Positions 36,490 to 47,662 of a stretch of 64,000 bases of DNA are shown piece after piece. Position numbers and translations under genes: made by a program. Numbering within the stretch: position 1 is the first letter of the stretch; each line of letters opens with the position of its first letter. Origin of the DNA: Anthoceros angustus (lineage: Eukaryota; Plantae; Anthocerotophyta); contig MU008183.1 in NCBI GenBank assembly GCA_010909165.1, positions 950,114-1,014,113 on the forward strand, written 5' to 3'. Below the pieces are notes generated by a model. That model did no database searches, was not told where the DNA came from, and saw only the letters and a program-made list of their open reading frames with translations.

Positions 36490-36795
36490 AAGGTTTGGTC
36501 TCCCTCTAGGGCTGTACCTTTTCTTCGGTATCCGAAGGGGGATATTGCTTCTCCGCCTGGACTTCAGGTTCTTGGTGTCCCGATTGGGCCTCCTGCCTTT
36601 ACCCAGGATTATGTGCACGCAGCTTTGGTTGAGGATTTGGTACACATCGACGACCTTTCTGAACTAGAAGACCCGCAAGTGGCATTTGGGATCCTCCGTT
36701 TTGCACGCCGGCCAAGATACCTTCTCCGAGCGGTTGCCCCCTCCCCGGTTTTCTTGTCTAGCCTAAGGAATTTCGACAAGCGACTTATGCAGGTT
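36490..36795 (+). mobile_element. CRE-clade-like non-LTR retrotransposon fragment (RT C-terminal/thumb region)
   Basis: PPGLQVLGVPIGPPAFTQDYV...DDLSELEDPQVAFGILRFARRPRYLLRAV fits the G..vLG.PiG...l.dpQ.A..lLR...r..YllR pattern of RLE-type LINEs. Confidence 0.65.
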
Positions 36796-37330
36796 TGCGC
36801 GCACTGGGACTCTAGGCGAGCCGAGGTGTGCGCACGGCGTGCACCGTTGCACTGCGGCCAGGTAAGGCGCGCATCGGGACTCTAGGCGAGCCGAGGTGTG
36901 CGCACTTGGGCGCGCACGGGTCAGCGCTTATGGCAATAGGGCACCATGGGCAGGTGCGCGCGGCCTCATGGTGCCCTACGCTAATACGCGCGCCGAGGAG
37001 GGCCCATTGAGACCTCGCGTGGGTGCGACCGAGGGGTTATGTGACCATGCACCCACGGGCGCGCACTTAAGCGTTGCCCTAGTGCGCGCGCGCGCGCACC
37101 GGGTTGATGCGCGGCACACCACAGCGCCCCGCGCGCGACCGGGTCTCGGCTCGGGCCACAGTGCGCGCACGCCGCATTCTCAATGGAGCCTCGCGGCGCG
37201 CATGGGTCACATGGCCCCCGCGCACATGGCCTTTTGATGCGCGCCCGCGCGCACCGGGGGCCATGTGACCCTGGCGCGCCCGCGCGCGATCACATGCGCC
37301 AAAGCGGCGCATAAAGGCCCACCGGTGTGA
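36795..37330. repeat. GCGC-rich insertion with an internal direct repeat and a 16-bp inverted repeat
   Basis: gggactctaggcgagccgaggtgtgcgcac occurs twice ~70 bp apart. gggtcacatggccccc (37204-37219) pairs with gggggccatgtgaccc (37256-37271). Confidence 0.75.
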
Positions 37331-38999
37331 TGTGACTCGTCAGCACGCCTGCGCCATCTCCCAGCACCTTATACACGACATGGTGCCATCAGAAAAAAAC
37401 TTGGCAAGCTATAATCATCTTGGTCAACATACCTTGTCATAGCTGCGTCCAGTCCACTACGCAGGTCTTGAGTATTGCATCGCCTTGAAGCTTCATTTTG
37501 AATTGCGCCCGGACTTCATACTTCCAAGCCCATAGAATGTACCCAACTACAATCTTCTGCGTCCTCAACGCATCCATATACCCGTTCACCCAGCGCCGGA
37601 ATGGGATCAAAATTCTGTTGGGTGGAGTCCGTTCCTTCTTCATGGATGCACCATTCCTTGTCCAAGAGCCCTGCTCGATAGATCGATAAATTTCAGTCAG
37701 GTCTGATGTTGGTTGGTCGCGACCACCACGCACCTCCTCTGCTGCACTCCTCCGCTTCCAAGCTCGTGCCTCGACATTGACTTCGCCTGGTTTTGGAGGT
37801 TTGGGCTGGTGGAGGTTCAACCAAGGCGTAGTGTTTGCACGCACTGTCACGGGCAGATACAGGAAGCATTAGAGGAAATCGTGAAACACGACTGCCAAGG
37901 ACCAAAGGAAGGTTGAAGGTGTTTTGATTTCATGGAACAAGCCAAATTATGGAGCCACAAACCTACTATTTCGGGTTCTCTTTATATAGTATACACCCAA
38001 ACCCAAAGTGTCTACACCGCCAGCCACCTAAACCGCTTTTCGAACGCCAAGACCCAAGCACCTCAATCCGGTCGCACCGCCAAAAACGCTACCCCTTTGC
38101 CCAAAAACGACCATCACCGTGCAAACGCGGATCTTACGCATGTCAAAATCAAACACCAAGGATGCCCGAGAAGAAGCCAAAAGAGCCAGACTGAACCATG
38201 GTGCTCGCGGCGCGAAGAAGCTGCACTGCCCATCGATACGGCGCACAGATCAGAGTGCTCGCCAGCTGCGCACGACCCCATCGCACACCGACGGGCGCAC
38301 ACACACTGATCATGGCTAGAATCACCAGCAGCCGGAGCACTTCACCTACTTGAACTCACGCCACCTGCCTGCTCCGCGCTCTTCCTCTTTGTCGCGCTCT
38401 GCCGATCTAGATTCTTCGCTTCCTCGCAACCGTATTCTCTCGGACATGAAAACGGCTAGCGGTCATTTGTACCCAACTTTGTTTGTTTATAGGGCACAAT
38501 TAAGTGCCGCGAGTTAACCTCGCTTGCCTAAGCATGGGTTAACTAATCATGGGTTGAAGGTTAAGTGTAGGTTTCGTTATAGCCCTTATTTCAAGATGTT
38601 CGATAATTAACATTGGCGGCTACTATAACAGGTTAACCTGCCACCATAATCATCTATGGATATTTTAAGGTTCAAACAAAGATGGACAAGCTGCACACGA
38701 AGCTCTTCTTCCTCTCGAGTTGCAGACATTCGCTAAGTTTGAAGAGCTAGCAAATGCATGCGCTTCTCAACCTACTCTTGCATACAGTCCTGTGGGCGAT
38801 TGGAAGGCCATAGCGACAATGATGATGTGGTCCTGACAATGTCCCTATCTCCCAAGAGGTAACCTTATCCCGCAGTGTTCACTTTACCTTCTCCGCACAT
38901 ACCTTCATTCCTCTCTCACTGCTAATTCCTTACCAGCGCCTAGTATCCAGGGTTACTTCTCCTACTGAGTCCCCTCTTGACCTTGAGGGGCCACCATAT

Positions 39000-40000
39000 G
39001 ACACCTGTGCATTCGATTTTACGCAAGCTCGAGGTAACTTGAAATTAGAAATGCTCACCAACCAAGACTTTGCCAACAACCAACCAATTCCACTCCAAGT
39101 CATTCAACCTATCCCAGCACAGCCAGACATCGTTCTCCCTGAGATAAACCAGCCACCAGACCCCATTCCCGAGACTCCACCTGCAACACATGAAGCACCC
39201 TTCACTTTGAGGCGCTCTGCCGGCCATCGACCACCAACTCATGAATGGAGATGTTTCCCAAGATTCTTTTGCTCGGCCAACACCCAATCCACGAGCTGAG
39301 GAGCTACCAGCCCTTGCACATGTTTCACACACTGACTCAGTTCAGCTTGCTCTACATCAGGCCTTTTCAGCCATTGAAGTGAAAGGAGTACCCCTCTCAG
39401 TTGAAGAAGCTTTCAGCACTCCGGAGTGCACAATAACAGTAAAATCCGAGTACGACTCCCTCATCTCAAATAAAATTTGGAATCTCACAGACTTTCTTGA
39501 AGGCAGGAAATCCATTTCCTGCAAGTGGACATTTCGGAGAAAGCTAAATCCATATGGTAAAGTAGCAAGATACAAAGCCCAACTTGTGGCTCGGGGCTTC
39601 ACCCAAGTACCATGTTTCGACAACGAAGAAAACAGACTCTTCAACCCAGTTGCGAAGTCAACCTCCATTAGGATACTACAAGCATTTGCTACCTCACACC
39701 ACCTGCAGATACATTAGGTTGATGTTAAAACAGCATTCACATATGGGGCACTTCACGAGAAAATCTATATGCTGCAATCGCCTAGTTTCATGCGAGATCC
39801 CAAGAAAGTTTGCAAGCTCCTTAAATCCATTTACGGCTTGAAGCAGTCTGCTCATGTATGGAATGAAACCGCTGATCTGCATCTCAAGAAATGTGGCTCC
39901 ACCTCTCTCACTGCCGACACAAGCGTCTACATGCTGAGGATCAAGGACAAGTTTGCCATCGTCGCACTGTATGTGAACGGTAATTTTATTTTTGGCACTG
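39000..40000 (+). mobile_element. Ty1/copia reverse-transcriptase pseudogene fragment
   Basis: LRRS linker, then EYDSLISNKIWNL...KWTFRRKLNPYGKVARYKAQLVARGFTQ, F.PVAKSTSIRIL, H*VDVKTAF, VCKLLKSIYGLKQSAHVWN and ALYVN. Confidence 0.92.
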
Positions 40001-41269
40001 ACCTCTTTGTCATGAGTGGAGTGGATTTGTCATTGTTTTAATTTATGCCTAGATCAGCATGTCGCTTACTATGACCAACTGCAGAACAACCGTTAGATAG
40101 TTGCAGCTACATTTGTGTGTATTAATTCTCCTCATTGTATCAGTAAAGCATCCTGTATTCTAGATTCCAATTGCCTCTTTAGGAAGCTAGAGGGCACATT
40201 GTGCGCCAGTCTCTTTCTCACGAAGGGAGTCCAGATGGTATTTGAAGACAACAAGGGATTCGATGTGCTGGTAATGATCGATAATGCGGTCGGGACGGGG
40301 GCCAGCCATATCATGCTGCAGTTTTCCAATAGGCTAGGTGTGGAAAGTTTGGAAGATGCCAATTATGAGGATGAGGATGATCCATGGAGACAGCTCAAAG
40401 ACTGGCTGGAGAATATGTTACAAGGGGATGAGCTTGCCCAACCTGGTGACAAAATTAAAGACATGGTCTCGTCATGTTCCGTACACAAAGACCTTCTACA
40501 GTGCATCCTAGACGCCGAGGGGCAAGCGTGGAGTGTGACACAAAAGGATTGAATTAGGTGCTCCCTTGCCCGATATTTTATGTGCATCTGGTTAGAAAAG
40601 AGGTTTCTCTGACAAAAAGGGGTTATGGCTAAGATCCTATCTTTTTCTTGGGCAAAAACGTGCATTTTCTTTTTTTTTTAGGCTTGGGCATTCAAACCCC
40701 CGGCGCCACGCCTTGCATGTTCATTTGGTCACACTACGCCGTACCCGTGGTCATTTGGTCACAACAGCGTCTGTTCTGAAAGGGGTTTCTCCTGTCAAAA
40801 GGGGTTTTGGAAAAATCCCAACCCTATTCCGCCGAAAACCGAAGCTGGGTTGGTTTTTGTTGAGTTTTGTAGGTGTTCATCCATCGGATTCGGCATTCTC
40901 CCCGGACCACTTCCTCGTCCGTCATTTACATGGTGGCGCCTTGCACTCGTGTTCATGGATAATTTGTTGTGATGAAGGCGGACCGAATTCTTCCATAATT
41001 TCGCATGTCAAGAGTTTCGCAATTTGTGTGGTTCTATATGTTTTGTATACTGCGGGGCTAGCTAAGCGCGCCTAAACAAGGGTATGCGAAACTTGTGCGC
41101 ACAAGGCAAAACGAAAACATCAACCGAGGGAAATATGTCTTCTTGAGGTCCGTGGATGTGGCGGAAGCCCGACATAAGAAGTTGCACAACCCACGCCCAC
41201 ATAGACACACCTCATCTATCTACCCTATGCCCTAAAGCTACGAAGAATACCCTATCACCTTTCTATCCT

Positions 41270-44100
41270 CTACGGTGTTTCCGCCTCCTTCGACGGTGAC
41301 CTTGTGCCGATCATCATCAAACATGCCTTCAAAAGCACCAGAGTCCCTGCCTGCTCGCCGGTTCTTGTTGCGATTGGCCGAACCGAAGTGATGTTCATCC
41401 TGCCCGCTTGTCGAACTACACCACCCTTATTTCGGATTTTCGCCAAATCATCATTTTCCTCCAATGCATCTCCTCCGAACTTGGTGGTCTCGTGTATCTT
41501 CAACCCTATTACCTTCTTCCACGGTAGATGTTGAAGTTCGAATTTTTGTCTTGATAAGCTCCTGTACGGACTTGTAGAGTGCTATCCTTGCAAAGGAGAA
41601 CCCAGATGCCAAAATAAATGTCTCCGATATCAACATCCAGTGCTTGGTCGCCTCCGTTGTCGCAAACCCTCTCTATCACTGTGTGGAGCCAATATCTCCT
41701 CCGTAGGTACCTTCCTCAAACGCATTGCTATTCTCTCGTCACCCACCACGGACAACTAGGTAAGGTTCGCCACATAAGAAATCCAAGTCTTGACTGCAAT
41801 CCGAGAAAGGCCTGTTACGATCGTCATCTCACATGGGACGCAATCATATGGCCTCCTCGATCTCGACATATCCCCATCGAATCTCGCCAACTCGATGGTC
41901 GCTCCCGGGCCTAAAATTCCAGATACATGTGACGCGTTGCGGTTCGCGAATCGAGCCGAATGACAAAGACATCCGGAACGATGGGATTTAAGTTCCGCCC
42001 GCCCTCGTTGTACCACTCCCATGCTTTTGAAGATCTCGATGGACTCCTCCGATTTTGTCGCAAATATCGATCGTGATGCCCGTAACGAGTTCCACCATAC
42101 TTTGTCTTCCGAGATAGATATTTTTGCATCGGTTCTTCGAGGGCTTTCCTAATGGCTCAATGATTTATGCGGGTCTGCCCCGGTTTGCCATGCTTGAAGT
42201 GGACATAAAGGCGCCCCTTATATCTGCTTTCTGTATTCAAGGAACTCCAAACCTCCAACGGTTCCCAATGTGCAAGTAGAAAGTGCCTTGCCAAAGAATC
42301 ATATGGTTCGCCGCCTCTTTCTTCCCTTGAAATTTTGAATTGATGTCGATAACTATGATTGTGCAAATTCCTCACGCATCTCGTCCTCTTTACCCATCCC
42401 ATTGGGCCGATAAAGCTCGAAATCGCCACCCTAAACCATTTTCACTTCGGATTGGGTGTATAAGCGATGAATCAAACTCATAAGGGTTTCGAGTGACATT
42501 GCTTTTTGTGCCTCGAGACTTTTAGAAAAGCATGAGAACATTTGATCAATCGCATCATGTGTGTGCCCGACAAGAAGGAAGCCCACCTTCACCTTATCAA
42601 GACCCGCTTCGACAAGCATACTCAAGTATGCAAACAACAACATATTCTTGTTTTCTCGCCGTGTTGTCCAGTTGCAAGTAAAACGCCTTCGCGTCCTCAT
42701 AGGTGAGAATAACATCCGGATGATATGAATAGTTGTTGGCGCTGCTCCAATATTCGGAAGTTCACAAACACCGGTCTTCATAATGTTGTTGTATACCAAA
42801 CAACCCACAACATGGACCCGATGAGACCATCCGCAAAACCTTTGAGGGTGAAAATGGGAGCCTTGCTTTGGTCCATCCGTCTATCGCCATTCAATGTATT
42901 TGCTCGGTTGGCCTTTACACTTCAAACGTGTTTTGCAAGTTTTAGTCGCCCGCTTGATCGCCGACCGATGTTCACGAGGTGCCGCCAGACCTCACAAAAA
43001 ATGGATCACATGGTCGATTGACCTTGGTAGCGCACCGCATGACCGACCGGCGCAGACCAAGATTTCTGCGCGCGCAAGTGTGCGCGCCTGGGCGCACAAG
43101 GCAGCACCCACGCGCGGGCGCGCACAAGGCAGACCACCGCGGTGCGCCGCGCGCGCCCCGCCAGACCGCGGCCCCGGTGCGGCCAGGCGCGCACTCAGCC
43201 CCACTGCGGCGCGCACGTGTGGGCGGCGTTCGCACTAAGCGCTTGGAGTGCTCATGATTCCATGGAAGTCAAAAAGGAAACTCGGATATGAAATACCTTG
43301 TTCTTGTCGCTGTTGGTCATCTCGATGGTCGCCTTCAACGCTTCGCATTGGACGATTTTGAAAACGGCTACACTTTGGTATCTTCACTTTTGGAAAATGT
43401 TTCTTCCATAAGGCATGTATGAGAATGAGACGTTGGTCAAACCAGCCTTGAAACCTCCCGCTTGTAGTCCCGAATATCTCCTTTGGTATATGAATCGCAA
43501 GTTGAAAATCAAACATTGGCATTCGCTCACCGTTTGAAAAACTTTTCCATCCAAGCAATGCATTCCGTAACATGATCTTCGCCATGCCCTGAACTTCAAT
43601 TCGATGACCATGGTGTGTTCGTTAGTACTGCTTCAAATGTTCATACCTTCGCCATCCAATGCGTAACACTTTTCAAAACTTCAGACACAACATTGCAATC
43701 ACTGCCTCAGAGAAAATTGAGAACATTGCATCAAAGAGGTTGCTTGTTCTACCTCGAGCAATCCTTGCAAATATATTTCCGCCGTTTCGAGGCAATCCCA
43801 AGAAGCGATATCTCGAGGCTCTATATTCTTCTTTCCCAATTGCAGTAAACAACCTGCTGCTACAGAATGCTAAGACCATGCTATGTATTTCTTCAATGCC
43901 GCATTTCATGGTCCTCTTCATCTCCGGCTTGATAATGTCTACGCTTCACCGCAATGTTCACTCGACGCTTCGTGAATGGCTCGGCCCGGATGCTACACCG
44001 TGGTGTTCGTGCCCGCATCCTCCTTCCCCGCAAAATTCTCCATCATTCCCGACCTCCATGGAGCGATGAAGAAATTTCACCGTCGCTCCATCTTCGCCCG
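41270..44100 (-). mobile_element. Decayed Sola-like DDD transposase
   Basis: Across frameshifts: LWKKHFPKVKIPKCSRF; PSKY..IDG-MDQSK.PIF; VHVVGCLVY; YLQLDNTA-ENKNMLLFAYLSMLVEAG.DKVKVGFLLVGHTHDAIDQMFS; HNHSYRHQFKISR. Confidence 0.7.
43029..43242. mobile_element. 204-bp GCGC-rich insertion in the transposase, flanked by an AGCGC direct repeat (putative TSD)
   Basis: agcgc at 43029-43033 and 43238-43242. There is an abrupt composition change relative to the flanks. Confidence 0.5.
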
Positions 44101-44559
44101 CTCCCCTCGGAGCGTGGTCTCCGTAATCCTTGGCCTACATTCTCTCCCTTCTCCAACGGGAGTTGTATCGATTACAGAGACCTTCTGATGCCTTCCATGC
44201 TCTGGAGTGGTGTCCATGATTGTCACCTTCTCCACCTTCCGCGACGACGCAGAATACGAAGGCGAGACAACTACCTTCAAAACATCCATGTAGCCTTGAC
44301 CTAATCAGAATAGCCGATGAAAAGAAGCTTGTGACCTTTGTCATCCCACTTCTTGCGAGTCTCATCCGCAATATGAGCAAAAGCAGGGCTCCTAAAGACA
44401 CAAAGGTGAGAAACCCTAAGTTTATTGCCGCACTATCGCTCAAATGGAGTGGTGTTGGATAGCTCTTTGGTAGGAAGTATGTACTTCAAATAGTTAGAAG
44501 TGGAATCGATCTCAATGATCCTGGGAGCTGGAACCTTGTGAAGTGGAGGTGGAGGTGAG

Positions 44560-45095
44560 CGCATTCGAACTTTGGAAGACGCATAAGTAGGGGTATGTAC
44601 TTTGACTCCATCTCCGCTCAGGTCATCACTAACTGTCTAGGTTGGGCTGCTACCGGAGTAGCGGCCCTCAAGGTCCGAAAATATAGCGGGATGCAAGAGG
44701 GCCATCTCTTTATTCCACTTGCACTAGAAACGTATGGGGCAATGGCTAAGGACTTAAACAAATTTGTCAAGTCCTGTGCCAAAGCTTACCATGCGCACAT
44801 GCGGGGCTGTCCCTCTCGTACTTCATAGCATATTTCCGATGGCGGGTTTCAATTGCCCTTTAACGGGCGCTCTCAACGGCGATCCTCCACAAGGCGGCGA
44901 TAGTAGGTGGCGCATCTTCCTCTACCTCCGTGGTTTGCAGGCTGTTTGTTCTTCCTGCATATGACATTGTGGGTGCAGTAGGTGACTTCAGGTAGGGAGC
45001 TCAATTGCTCCTCTTCACCTCGACCCTTAGGATCCCTGTGGTTGTCCCTACCAGATGGGCTCTTCCCATCATTTTTTTACCTCAATAAAATATTT
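44560..45095 (+). mobile_element. CRE-clade-like LINE 3' end (restriction-like endonuclease domain + 3' UTR with AATAAA)
   Basis: GWAATGVAALKVRKYSG...HLFIPLALETYGAM...FRWRVSIAL*RALSTAIL fits the RLE AA...K..KY...F.P.a.ET.G pattern. cctcaataaaat occurs at ~45082. Confidence 0.75.
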
Positions 45096-45433
45096 CTTTG
45101 GCTAATGCCATTGTTGAAATCTTAAGTTGATTTTAGATCGAAATAGAATTCTCAACCACAATAATACGTAGAAGGAAAGAATCTATATTCTAGTACATAC
45201 GTGGGTAGGTACATAACCTCGATTTATCCGGGCCTGCAACCCGGCATCGCCTATATATGTGGACTATCCTCTTACGATCAGAACCAATTCTTTTCCGGTG
45301 TTCTCTCTTCCGCTCTGCCGCCGCGTGAGGGTTTGCGGAAGCTCCTCCAGCCTTTGCGTCCCTGCCTCCGGCTCTCCCCGCCTCCCTTCCCGTCCTCCTG
45401 TGCTTGTGCTTATCGCCTGTTGACGCTTCCTCG

Positions 45434-47662
45434 ATGGCTTTCACGACCTTCACTGCCCCCGCAAGCATGGATTTCCAGATGGGATCCACTGAGAAGAAGA
45501 TGGACATGACCCTAGGTGAGTCCCTTGGTTCTCCTTGTTTGCTTCCTTCCTGAAAAACCCGAAGCAGTTAGACTCTGTTGCTGCTTTGTTCATTTGGTTG
45601 GTGACGAAGGTGGTCGCTGACGGCTCTTCACCGGCTTGCAGATGATATCATAAAGCTTACGAAGAAGAACCCGAAGAAACCCCGGGTTCCGGTGAGTCAT
45701 CTCTGGTTTGACGCCTTAGGCGCTGGTTCTTTGCTCTTAACAGTGATGTGGCGTGATTGTTTGCTGCTTCACGTGCGCGAACCTGATTCGGTGGCTTGTG
45801 GTGTGTGAAGATTCGCAATCGCAACAGGAACCCTAACAACGACGGTGCTGCGAAGGCAGCTTTTCAGAGATCCGTGTCCGCGCGAGCCTCCTCCATGCGA
45901 CAGGTAGGTGTTTTGCGGTTTGTTCTTTGTAGTGTCTGTCGCGGCACGTACCGCGGGGTTCGTGGTATGGTGTGTGTTTCCTGTGCTTCCGATTCTTATC
46001 CGCGGCGTTATATGGGTTAGGGTAAGCTTGCAGACGCAAGAGCCATGAATGGGGCTGGAGCATTTCCTGCTACTCAGGCGGCTAGTCGAAGGGCTTATAC
46101 CGCTCCTGTGGCAAGTAGGACCAAGCAGTGGATAAGGAAAAGGTACGAGCTCGGAGTTTGTGTGCTGCAGTCTCAGTGCAATTGGGCCGTACAGTCTGCA
46201 GTATCTTTCGTTAGCGCCGGTCGTCTATCTGGGTCTAACTTTTGGAGAGTTTCCTGTTACAGTGATGTTCCGAGGAACAATAATATTGGCATCAGGCGCA
46301 CCGGACCTGGGTTTAAGAAGGGACCCAACTCCTTTGCTGTTGCCCCAGGCAACATGAGGATATCTGTCGTCAATGACAGTAGCAAGTGAGTGGCTGGTGC
46401 AAACGTGGCTGTGCATATGATACATCTTTCGGCCCTTCCAAGTTTATGACTTCCGGCATGTGATTGGTTTGGTCTTCATGGAGTTTCCCCCCTATGATCG
46501 TGGCTGCTCACAAGGGGAGAAATCATACAGGGTTTGAAATCAAAATTTCTTGCAAAGCCAGCCTAATTTTCTGTTCTATCATCTCACGAGAAAAAAACTA
46601 GAACAGAGCTAGATATCTCAATCGCTGTGAAAGGTCTGCTGTCATTGAGGATGTGAAAGCCTTGGCATTTGATTATCCGGAAGAGTTGCAAGTCTCTGGT
46701 GATTGTTGAAACTAGCTCTTCACGGTGAGCTGCATATGGGGGCGAGATCGGTTGGTATTGTGCCTTACCCACTATAGATGGCCACATCGGAGAGTTTCTG
46801 TATCTACGGCCAAGAAGGAGGAAACAGGAAATCTGTGGGAGACAGCTAGTTGGTGCTGTTACTCCTTCCAAGCTCTTGGTGCGGCAATCAGTCTTTTATT
46901 GAACATAGTTTGGTCAAGCTCTTCATATGTCAACGGCTGCATTCTGGGATGGACATGTTTCAGCTCTCACCCTCTATTAGATCATCTCGAAGTTCCACCT
47001 CTTTTAGTCATCTACTGTATTCAATTTATGTTGGCGTGACTGCGTATGAGGTAGGGGGCTTCATGCAGTAGCAGAGGTAGGGATATGCTTTTGCAGGCCA
47101 GGCAAAAGTAGTATCGTCTCTTCCACCCCCCGGGAGCTGATGAGTTGAGGAGTAGTCGCCCTGAGTGGGTCATGGATGTGGTTTCGGTGTAGCTGGAGGG
47201 TGGCCCTTTTTTATTCTGTTTCTGTGATGCAGGAATGTGCGTAGGCCAGCTCCGACTTACAGGAGGCGCAATGGAGCACGTCAAGTTGAGCAGGCAGGAT
47301 GGGCAGCCAACAACGCTGTAAACACCGCAGCCACCTAGTGATATGAAGTTAATTTTCTGGCTTATGCACCGAACCAGCGTTCTTGATTGAGGAGTCTGTT
47401 CTCAGAGCCGAGGATAGAGGCCTCCAGGAGCTGGGCAGCTTTGTCTACCAGCACAGTTTCAATGTTGACTCGTGTGTGCATGATTTCACAGATGGAAGTA
47501 GAGTATGTTGAACCTGTTCCTCCGAAGCCAAGGACCATGGACTCTTTGTTTTCAAGCCTGAGGCGCACCGGCGGGTCCCAGCAGGTCACTTTCAATGCCG
47601 CTGAGCAGAATCGCAGGAGAAATGTGTCAACAACTGGAGGTCGAAGGAGGCCATCGGCGTGA
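45434..47662 (+). CDS. UIEF: UAP56-interacting mRNA export factor-like protein (UIEF family), multi-exon
   Basis: N-terminal TEKKMDMTL|DDIIKL (UAP56-binding-motif-like), SSMRQ|GKLADAR..GAFPATQAASRRA, and C-terminal KPRTMDSLFSSLR. Terminal exon 47492-47662; internal exon boundaries are partly uncertain. Confidence 0.75.

Noticed and set aside
40115-40552. Acidic 145-aa ORF after the copia fragment
   Set aside because: No identifiable motif and no clear start; probably a TE-captured fragment.
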